From Gemmatimonadota bacterium (GTDB taxonomy: Bacteria; Gemmatimonadota; Gemmatimonadetes; Palauibacterales; Palauibacteraceae), in contig JBDHIQ010000002.1 of the NCBI GenBank assembly GCA_039587395.1, positions 1,171 to 65,170 of the forward strand: a stretch of 64,000 nt of DNA. Direction: 5' to 3'. The notes below the pieces were generated by a model. It saw only the letters and a list, made by a program, of their open reading frames with translations. It ran no database searches and was not told where the DNA came from. How positions within the stretch are numbered: the stretch's first letter is position 1; the number at the start of each line of letters is the position of its first letter. Shown piece after piece: positions 53,020-59,725 of the stretch. The position numbers and the translations under genes were made by a program.

Positions 53020-54159
53020 TCAGGAGCGGAGTGGCTCCTCCTGGACCGACCCCGAATTCGCCGCGCCACCCGCGCGCGCACCATCGGCCCGCGGCCCGGT
53101 CTTCTCCTCCGCTCCCGCCTCTGATTCCGCTTCCGCATCGGAGGGCCGCAGGTCCATCCCGAGATTCTCACGGATGCGCGCCTCGACCTCCTCCGCGATG
53201 TCCGGGTTCTCCTTCAGGAAGACCTTGGCGTTCTCACGACCCTGCCCGAGACGGACGTCATCGCCGTATGAGTACCAGGCTCCGGCGCGATGCACGATCC
53301 CGATCTCCTCGCCCATGTCGACCAACAGGCCTTCGCGACTGATCCCCTGGTTGAACATGATGTCGAACTCCGCCTGCCTGAACGGTGGCGCGCACTTGTT
53401 CTTCACCACCTTCACGCGAGTCCGATTGCCGATCTGCTCCGTCCCTTCCTTGATGGAGGCGATCCTGCGGATGTCCAGGCGAAGCGACGAGTAGAACTTG
53501 AGGGCTCTGCCACCAGACGTCGTTTCAGGGCTACCGAACATGACGCCGATCTTTTCGCGAATCTGATTCGTGAAGACCACCGCCGTGTTCGAGCGGCCGA
53601 TCGCGCCGGTCAGTTTCCGCAACGCCTGAGACATGAGCCTGGCCTGGAGACCCACGTGGGCATCCCCCATCTCACCCTCGATCTCGGCGCGTGGGACGAG
53701 GGCCGCTACGGAGTCGACGACCACGATGTCGAGGGCGCCGGAGCGGACAAGCACCTCGGCAATTTCCAGCGCCTGCTCACCCGTATCGGGTTGCGATACG
53801 AGCAGGTTCTCGACATCCACTCCAAGCCGCTCCGCATAGTTGATGTCCAGGGCGTGCTCCGCATCGATGAACGCCGCCACGCCGCCATCCTTCTGGGCGT
53901 TGGCGATCACGTGCAGGGTGAGCGTCGTCTTCCCCGAGGACTCCGGGCCGAAGATCTCCGTGACGCGACCGCGGGGTATGCCGGAGATTCCCGTGGCGTA
54001 ATCCAGATTGAGTGCACCGGTGGAGATGGCCGGCGTCTGGACGCGCGCTCCTTCCGCACCCAGACGCATGATGGCGCCCTTCCCGTGCGCTCGTTCGATC
54101 TGCGTAATCGCCACGGAAAGCGCCTTGTTACGATCGTCGTTCGGCATTGCGCCCATCAC
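53020..54159 (-). CDS. recA: recombinase RecA
   Basis: [22 protein letters not shown], Walker [15 protein letters not shown]1/L2 loops. Longer than usual acidic/Gly-rich C-terminal tail. The start could also be ATG 54147. Confidence 0.97.
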   Translation of the reverse strand: MMGAMPNDDRNKALSVAITQIERAHGKGAIMRLGAEGARVQTPAISTGALNLDYATGISGIPRGRVTEIFGPESSGKTTLTLHVIANAQKDGGVAAFIDAEHALDINYAERLGVDVENLLVSQPDTGEQALEIAEVLVRSGALDIVVVDSVAALVPRAEIEGEMGDAHVGLQARLMSQALRKLTGAIGRSNTAVVFTNQIREKIGVMFGSPETTSGGRALKFYSSLRLDIRRIASIKEGTEQIGNRTRVKVVKNKCAPPFRQAEFDIMFNQGISREGLLVDMGEEIGIVHRAGAWYSYGDDVRLGQGRENAKVFLKENPDIAEEVEARIRENLGMDLRPSDAEAESEAGAEEKTGPRADGARAGGAANSGSVQEEPLRS

Positions 54160-54231
54160 TCGCCCTCCACACTTGGTGTCCGTTTCTCGGGGTTGCTGCG
54201 CCAGATTGCGGGCGCCGACAACGCCCGAGCC

Positions 54232-54260
54232 ACAATAGCACGGGCCTCCGACTTTCGCAA
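54232..54260 (-). promoter_or_regulatory. candidate sigma70-type promoter for recA
   Basis: Minus strand TTGCGA (54260-54255), 17 nt spacer, TATTGT (54237-54232), about 70 nt upstream of the recA ATG. Confidence 0.35.
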
Positions 54261-54391
54261 TTTGTTCGGGTCTGCCCGGAGACCCGTAGCGCGGTTGCTT
54301 TTCGGGTGTTGGAAGGGTGCGTCTGGCCCGTCATCCGGACCTCAACAGGCAGGCGTGCCGGCCCGACCCGAGCGGCGAACCCGGCGAATCG

Positions 54392-55426
54392 TCAGCTCAC
54401 GGCTTCCTGCAGCGCATGCACAGCGCGCTCGATACCGACGTCGTCCACGTCCAGATGGGTGACGGCACGCAACCGGTCGGGTCCGGCAGGCAGAATCCAA
54501 ACACCCAGGCGGGCCAGCGCCGCGGACACTCCATCCGGGGTGAGATCCGGACGATCCAGGTAGATCATCACGATGTTCGTGTCCGGCTCCTCGGACCGCA
54601 AACCCGGGATCTCCCGGCAGGCCGCGGACAGCTTCCCGGCTCGCCGGTTGTCATCTGCGAGGCGGTCCAGGTTATGGTCCAGCGCGTACAGACCGGCGGC
54701 AGCCAACACCCCCACCTGACGCATCCCGCCGCCCAGTCGCTTCCGAACGTTCCACGCCCTGTCGATCAGTTCCCGTGGACCGGCCAGCATGGACCCGACC
54801 GGACAGCCGAGTCCCTTTGACAGCGAGACCATGACCGTGTCCGCACAGGCGGTGAGCTCCGCGAGCGGCAGGCCGGTGGCCGCCGCTGCGTTCCACAACC
54901 GGGCGCCATCCAGGTGAACCGGGATGCCGTGCCGCGCGGCCAGGTCGTGGACACCGTTCAGCCGGGACACGGGCACAACGGCTCCGCCGTGCATGTTGTG
55001 CGTGTTCTCCAGGCAGAACAGCGTGGTCGCAGCGTGGTGGACGTCGCCCGGCCGGATGGCGGGCTCGTAATCGGCCGCCGTCACGCGGCCGCCCTCCGAC
55101 CGCACGGGGTGCAGCTGGACTCCAGCCAGCCAGGCGGAGTCGGCCAACTCGTAGTGGAAGACGTGGGATTCCGCTTCGCACACCACCTCGGTCCCCGGCC
55201 GCGAGTGGAGGATGACCGCCGTCTGGTTGGCTTGCGTGCCGGATGGAAAGAACAGGGCCGCTTCCTTGCCGAGGAGGCCGGCCACTCGCCGTTCCAGCCG
55301 GTCGACGGTCGGGTCCTTGCCGAGAACATCGTCACCCACTTCTGCGGTTGCGATGGCCTCCCGCATGCCGGTCGACGGCCGGGTGACAGTATCGCTACGC
55401 AGGTCTACGACGGCATCGTTCGACAA
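54392..55426 (-). CDS. ltaE: low-specificity L-threonine aldolase
   Basis: VDLRSDTVTRPS N-terminus, PSGTQANQ, PLP-lysine context VSLSKGLGCPVGS. Start tentatively TTG 55426; the upstream part of ORF 54392..55849 is not protein-like. Confidence 0.85.
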   Translation of the reverse strand: MSNDAVVDLRSDTVTRPSTGMREAIATAEVGDDVLGKDPTVDRLERRVAGLLGKEAALFFPSGTQANQTAVILHSRPGTEVVCEAESHVFHYELADSAWLAGVQLHPVRSEGGRVTAADYEPAIRPGDVHHAATTLFCLENTHNMHGGAVVPVSRLNGVHDLAARHGIPVHLDGARLWNAAAATGLPLAELTACADTVMVSLSKGLGCPVGSMLAGPRELIDRAWNVRKRLGGGMRQVGVLAAAGLYALDHNLDRLADDNRRAGKLSAACREIPGLRSEEPDTNIVMIYLDRPDLTPDGVSAALARLGVWILPAGPDRLRAVTHLDVDDVGIERAVHALQEAVS

Positions 55427-55454
55427 TGTTGTCGCTCGCTTTCGCGCTGTCCGA

Positions 55455-55856
55455 TCAGTTGGTGTCCGTATGCTCCCCGTCCGCGGCGGAGCCACACGAC
55501 GAGCAGAAATGATCGGAGGGGGCCAGAGCGGCTCCACATACCGCGCAGGAGTCGCCGCCGACGGTCCCCTCCGCGGATCCAGTTTCACCGGGGGATTCGG
55601 CCGCCGCCGCCGCGCGAGCCCGCACCGCCTCCTGCGCCAGCCGGCGGTGCAGCTCCCTGTACTCGGCTTCCGGCATCTTGCCGGTCTGGTGCTCGAACTC
55701 CAGCTGGCGGAGGGCTTCGATGGCGGTGTCGCGGCGCTCGGCGGCCGTGCGCAAGCGCCCCGGCTCCGGGCCGCCATCCGACTCCCGAAAGGCCGACAGC
55801 ACCACGACCAGCAGTAGCAGGAGGAGTATCCCGGCGAACGCGTATACACCCAGCAT
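55455..55856 (-). CDS. small membrane-anchored protein with C-terminal zinc ribbon
   Basis: N-terminal TM (FAGILLLLLLVVVLSAF), helical segment LRQLEFEHQTGKMPEAEYRELHRRL, and C-terminal CAVCG...CSSCG. One-base overlap with the upstream gene. Confidence 0.55.
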   Translation of the reverse strand: MLGVYAFAGILLLLLLVVVLSAFRESDGGPEPGRLRTAAERRDTAIEALRQLEFEHQTGKMPEAEYRELHRRLAQEAVRARAAAAAESPGETGSAEGTVGGDSCAVCGAALAPSDHFCSSCGSAADGEHTDTN

Positions 55857-56344
55857 CAGGCCAACCCTTCTCTTCGAGCCTGGGCTCGTTCCAGCGCGCG
55901 GGCCACCGCCTCCGCCGGATCATCGAACCGTTCAATTGCGAACTCGGCGGGCAACTCCGCCAGCAGTCCCACCAGCGGCACCCCGAGCTTCATGCAGAAG
56001 GATGCCTCGCTCAGGGTCCCCCAGCTTCCAGCGACGGCGACCACCGCCTCCGATGCTTTCACCACGAGCGCGTTGCGCGCCTCGCCCAGGCCCGTGGGAA
56101 CCGGGATGGAGACGCCCGGCGCCGCTGCGTTGGGATCATCTCCCGGCAGGAGCCCCAGCACCAGTCCTCCCTGTTCGGCGGCGCCTTCGGCCGCCGCCGC
56201 CATCACACCGCCCAGTCCGCCACACACGACCACCGCCTCGGCGCGCGCGATGGCCCGCCCGACCTGCTTCGCCGCGTCGGCGATGGACGCATCTGCATCG
56301 CCGGACCCGATGACGCCTATCCTGTAGGGACGCCGCTCACTCAC
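55856..56344 (-). CDS. TIGR00725-type protein (LOG/DprA-like Rossmann, SLOG superfamily)
   Basis: IGVIGSGD ... VVCGGLGGVMAAAAEGA ... PTGLGEARNALVV pattern of the TIGR00725/LOG-like family. Confidence 0.65.
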   Translation of the reverse strand: MSERRPYRIGVIGSGDADASIADAAKQVGRAIARAEAVVVCGGLGGVMAAAAEGAAEQGGLVLGLLPGDDPNAAAPGVSIPVPTGLGEARNALVVKASEAVVAVAGSWGTLSEASFCMKLGVPLVGLLAELPAEFAIERFDDPAEAVARALERAQARREGLA

Positions 56345-56351
56345 CCTGGTC

Positions 56352-56789
56352 TCACCTGTCTATCAGGATGGTCACCGGTCCGTCGTTCACCAGCTCCACA
56401 TCCATCATCGCGCCGAACTCCCCGGTCTCGACGCGGCCCGGGCCTTCCCGGCACACCTGCACAAACCGTTCGTACAGCGTCACCGCCTTCTCCGGACGCG
56501 CCGCTTCCACGAACGACGGACGCTTCCCGCGGGAGACGTCGCCGTACAGAGTGAACTGCGACACGATCAGTAAGGCCCCACCCACATCGCCGGCTGACAG
56601 GTTCATCTTTCGGTTCTCATCCGGAAACACCCGGAGTCCCCAGACCTTGTCGGCCATCCAGCGGAGCTCCGGCTCCGCGTCCGAGTCCCTGAACGCTACC
56701 AGCAGCACCAGTCCTTTGTCGATGCTTCCGAGCAGCTTCCCGCCAGCGCTCACTCCCGCCTGCGACACTCTCTGGACCACGACACGCAT
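56352..56789 (-). CDS. dtd: D-aminoacyl-tRNA deacylase
   Basis: Start at ATG 56789 (MRVVVQRV...). SQFTLYGD motif, 145 aa. Confidence 0.95.
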   Translation of the reverse strand: MRVVVQRVSQAGVSAGGKLLGSIDKGLVLLVAFRDSDAEPELRWMADKVWGLRVFPDENRKMNLSAGDVGGALLIVSQFTLYGDVSRGKRPSFVEAARPEKAVTLYERFVQVCREGPGRVETGEFGAMMDVELVNDGPVTILIDR

Positions 56790-56916
56790 GAACCGCGACC
56801 TCCGCTCTCTCCAGCGCCTACGTCCCCGCACTCGTTTCTCCCAATCCACAGTCTGGGGAAAACGGGGTTCCCTGTCCATGTCACCGCCTCGATATCCCAG
56901 TTGCGGCATTTTTCCG

Positions 56917-56952
56917 TTTTTCTACATCTTTTCCACATCGCTTTCCACATCG
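56917..56952. repeat. three tandem 12 bp direct repeats (TTTTTCTACATC / TTTTCCACATCG / CTTTCCACATCG)
   Basis: Read directly from the sequence. Each unit contains a DnaA-box-like 9-mer (TTTTCTACA, TTTTCCACA, CTTTCCACA versus TTATCCACA) and a phased T-tract. Confidence 0.85.
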
Positions 56953-56966
56953 TTTTTTTAAAAAAA
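56949..56966. repeat. left copy of flanking direct repeat ATCGTTTTTTTAAAAAAA
   Basis: Matches 57461-57480 (ATCGTTGTTTTTTAAAAAAA). These are the only long pure A/T runs I found in the window. Confidence 0.85.
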
Positions 56967-57413
56967 TGCCCTGTCTACAGCACCTCTCCTGATCCTGAGG
57001 AGCCGAGTGTGAGCAGCTACGGCCCGAGTGTGGCCTGGATTGAGCAGCGCGGCTGCACAGCGTGCGGGAGCCTCTCCTGGCGGGTGGCGCTACGGGAGGG
57101 CGTCGGGGTCCCGACCGACGTGCGGGCGACGAAGGCCTGGTGTATAGATGCGCGCAGCCCCTGTCCACCCGAAGGTGTCAGGGGCTGTACGAGAAGGACT
57201 ATGTTTTCCGGCTGCTCCGGCTTCACCCTGTTCGATTGCGCGGCCTCACAGGGCTCTCCGCGAACCTGGTACCTTGCGCCCGACTCAGCTGTTTGAGTTC
57301 GCTCTTCCTCGGAGCTTGCGCCCCGTCTCCGGCTCCCTCTTGTCGAACGGTTCGTGGTGCCGTTTCCAGCCTCAGCCTTCCGGATCGGCCGGTGCCTCCT
57401 TCCAAGGCACGCC
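56960..57413 (-). ncRNA. candidate structured RNA of unknown family (alternatively a long leader of the dtd operon)
   Basis: No protein-like ORF. Lies downstream of a near-consensus promoter. Minus-strand hairpins: 57155-57187 (9+4 bp, cUUCGg loop), 57359-57370 (GAAA loop), 57310-57325 (6 bp, GCAA loop), 57392-57410 (6 bp, UGGAAGG loop), 57101-57120 (6 bp), 57225-57254 (7 bp), 56986-57002 (5 bp, CAGGAUC loop). Ends at a U7 run (56953-56959). Confidence 0.45.
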
Positions 57414-57416
57414 GGG

Positions 57417-57444
57417 AATATAAAAGAAATCTTTTGCTGGTCAA
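57417..57444 (-). promoter_or_regulatory. near-consensus sigma70-type promoter (TTGACC-16-TATATT)
   Basis: Minus strand TTGACC (57444-57439), 16 nt spacer, TATATT (57422-57417). Same -35 hexamer as the SRP RNA promoter. AT-rich tract upstream. Rare composition for this genome. Confidence 0.55.
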
Positions 57445-57460
57445 CCCCTGAGAGGGCTGA

Positions 57461-57480
57461 ATCGTTGTTTTTTAAAAAAA
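57461..57480. repeat. right copy of flanking direct repeat ATCGTTGTTTTTTAAAAAAA
   Basis: See 56949-56966. Same orientation, 512 bp apart. Confidence 0.85.
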
Positions 57481-57513
57481 CTGATCCATTTGCCACCATA
57501 ACCCGTGACAAAT
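57474..57513 (-). terminator. possible terminator of the helicase gene
   Basis: Minus strand AUUUGUCAC-GGGUUAUG-GUGGCAAAU (9 bp including one G-U; 57513-57488), 7 nt spacer, then U7 (57480-57474), beginning 33 nt after the helicase stop codon (57546-57548). The spacer makes it atypical. Confidence 0.35.
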
Positions 57514-57545
57514 CGGAGCCAAAAGTCGTGAGAATCGGATGAGAA

Positions 57546-59549
57546 TCAGAACAGCCCCCGCGCATCCCTGCCGATGTTCTCGGCCGGGAGCACGGTTCCC
57601 CCTTCACGAACCCTGTCTACCACGCGGTTGAGGAGGGAATCCGGCGGCAGTGTCTGGCGGAGGCCCTCGCTCGTGCCGACAAGTACCAGCATGTCGCGAG
57701 TCCGAGACAACGCCACGTTGAGCAGTCTGGGGAAGTCCAGGTTGCGGCCCTCGTGCAAAAACCAGCTGCGGCCCGGCGGGGCATCGACCGTGTCGAACAC
57801 GACCACTGACTTCTCTCTCCCCTGGTATCGGTGGATGGTGCTGATCTCGAGGTTTCGCGGCGCTGCCTGTCCGAGCCGCCCGCGCGCCAGGCGCCACAAC
57901 CTCCGTGACTGGAGCCGGTATGGCACCACCACGGCAACGTCGTCTACACCGGCGGAAGCGGCTGCCTCCAGGAACCCGATGATGGCTTCCGCGTGCGCGG
58001 CGTTCGCTCGCGAGCCCTCGGCTCGCTCGACCGCGGGGCCCAGGCCCTCCGTCTCGATCAGGACCAGGGGCGATCGCGGCGCGGGGCGATCGAGTACGGA
58101 CGGCGTGTCCGTCAGGCGGCCGTCGTAGAAGATCTCGCTCACTATGGAGCGGATGGGTGGAGCCATTCGGTATTGCTCCGTGAGCATGGCACACAGCCTG
58201 TCCTGGGCCGAGGGGATGGCCAGCTCACCCGGCGGGGCGTCCGCCACCACCCCGGCCTCCCGGAACACGTCCCGGCTCAGCCAGCGAGCCGCCGCCTCGC
58301 CGCGCGATACCACGACCGGAGGCAGCTGCTGAAAATCTCCGATTGCCACGGCACGGCGTGCGGTCAGGGCGGCGGCCAGGGCTACATACGGCAGGGGAGC
58401 CGTGCTGGCCTCGTCGAGCACCAGCGAGTCGAACCGCAGCGCCATCAGTTCGTCGCGCACGGCCAGGCGCGCCAGCGTGGTCAGCACGACGTCAGCTTCC
58501 CGCAACGCGAGGATGGACTGTTTCTGAAGCTCTCCAGAGAGCCGGCCGAGCTGGCCGAGCGCCTGGTCATCGTCGGCGGCCCTGGCGGCGGCCAGCAGAC
58601 GGGCGTGCCTCGCTCGGATGTCCCGCTGCGCCGGGCCGGAGCCGGCCGGGCGACGCTTTCCGTTCTGGCCATCTCGGCCTGCAGGCGCGCGGCGGCCATG
58701 CAACAGCTCCGCCTCGAGCGTCTCGATCGCCGTCGTGACTCCACCGGCTCCACCACTGATTCTCCGTTCGAGCGCCGCGCCCAGGGACAACGCATCGTCG
58801 CCCGTGGCCGCAAACTCCGCACCGACCCGTACGACCCGGTTGGCACGCACGGCTTCCGGCCCCAGCGCCTGGACGACCCGGCTTGCCGCTTCGTCGACGG
58901 CCGTGTTGGTGGTCGCCACCACCAGGACCTTGCCGGTCTCGGCCAGCTCCGCCACAGCATGGCCCACCAGAAGGGTCTTCCCGGTCCCGGGCGGCCCCCA
59001 CACGAAGTGCACGTCGCTACCCAGGATTCGTTCCAGCGCCTGGCGCTGCGTGGAGTTCAGCTCGGAAGAGGCAAGCCTGCGAAGCGGCTCCGTGTCGAGA
59101 TCAGGATAGCTGCGCCCGAACAGCGCCAGCATGGTGGCCGGGTGGTATCGCTCCGGAGACTCGGCCACGGCAGCAAGCCGCTGTGCCAGCGTCGTGAGCA
59201 GCCACGTGGGGTCGAACTCCAGTTCGGCAGGATCCGCATGCCGGCCCAGCCACTCGGGTACAACGACCAGGAGCACCGAGCTGGCTCTCTTGAAGGAAGC
59301 CACGAAGCCGAGCGCCTCAACGCCGCCAATCCGCACGTACACGCCGTCGTCGGGTCGGATGTCGAGCGGGTCATCCGGCAACTTGAACTCATAGCGAAAC
59401 CCGGGGCCGCTCGATCGGACCAGCCGCCCACCCGTGGCCTGGATGGGCCGCTCCAGTCCCCGGCGGGCCAGCTCCACCCTGACGGCGTCAATCTCTTCAT
59501 CGAGCGCCTCCAGAGACGCGTCGATGATGGACTGGAGGTCTTCGGCCAC
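57546..59549 (-). CDS. Upf1-like superfamily 1B helicase (AAA_11/AAA_12 type) with uncharacterised ~170 aa N-terminal domain
   Basis: Motif I GPPGTGKT, Ia VVATTNTAVDEA, II LVLDEAS, III IGDFQQLPPV, IV EQYRM, V IHRYQGREKSVVVFD, VI LNVALSRTRDMLVLVG. No nuclease motif seen. Confidence 0.85.
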   Translation of the reverse strand: MAEDLQSIIDASLEALDEEIDAVRVELARRGLERPIQATGGRLVRSSGPGFRYEFKLPDDPLDIRPDDGVYVRIGGVEALGFVASFKRASSVLLVVVPEWLGRHADPAELEFDPTWLLTTLAQRLAAVAESPERYHPATMLALFGRSYPDLDTEPLRRLASSELNSTQRQALERILGSDVHFVWGPPGTGKTLLVGHAVAELAETGKVLVVATTNTAVDEAASRVVQALGPEAVRANRVVRVGAEFAATGDDALSLGAALERRISGGAGGVTTAIETLEAELLHGRRAPAGRDGQNGKRRPAGSGPAQRDIRARHARLLAAARAADDDQALGQLGRLSGELQKQSILALREADVVLTTLARLAVRDELMALRFDSLVLDEASTAPLPYVALAAALTARRAVAIGDFQQLPPVVVSRGEAAARWLSRDVFREAGVVADAPPGELAIPSAQDRLCAMLTEQYRMAPPIRSIVSEIFYDGRLTDTPSVLDRPAPRSPLVLIETEGLGPAVERAEGSRANAAHAEAIIGFLEAAASAGVDDVAVVVPYRLQSRRLWRLARGRLGQAAPRNLEISTIHRYQGREKSVVVFDTVDAPPGRSWFLHEGRNLDFPRLLNVALSRTRDMLVLVGTSEGLRQTLPPDSLLNRVVDRVREGGTVLPAENIGRDARGLF

Positions 59550-59725
59550 CCACTCGCGGCCGGTGTCGTGGTTCGGCGAGGCGTCTCTTCCTTCCTGGCG
59601 GTCCGTGCAGGCTCCGCCGTGTCTTCGGTACGTGCTACATTATCGGACTCGGCGTGCCCCGGCATGCCGGACCGGTACGCAACCCGACGAGGCAACACGC
59701 AACCTATGGATTCGGACGACGGATC

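Noticed and set aside
54240-54275. Possible LexA/SOS box upstream of recA (GAACAAATTGCG overlapping the -35)
   Set aside because: Only one GAAC half-site is present. There is no GAAC-N4-GTTC, CTGT-N8-ACAG or GTTC-N7-GTTC arrangement. The CGAACCGTTCG palindrome at about 57342-57352 has the wrong spacing and the wrong location.
56960-57413. Identification of the structured region as RNase P RNA, tmRNA, or a cobalamin, glycine or TPP riboswitch
   Set aside because: Some local resemblances exist: a GAAA-capped hairpin followed by CACGAACC...ACAAGAGGGAGC as in the RNase P P9-P11 region, AGGGUGAAGCCGG as in B12 elements, and CUCAGG/GGAGAG as in glycine elements. The invariant cores are absent: GGAAAGUCC and ACAGAACCCGGCUUA, the tRNA-like end with a tag ORF, the GCCACUG B12 box, and CACCGAAGGGGCAA. 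By eye this is not enough to call any of them. Only a covariance-model search can settle it.
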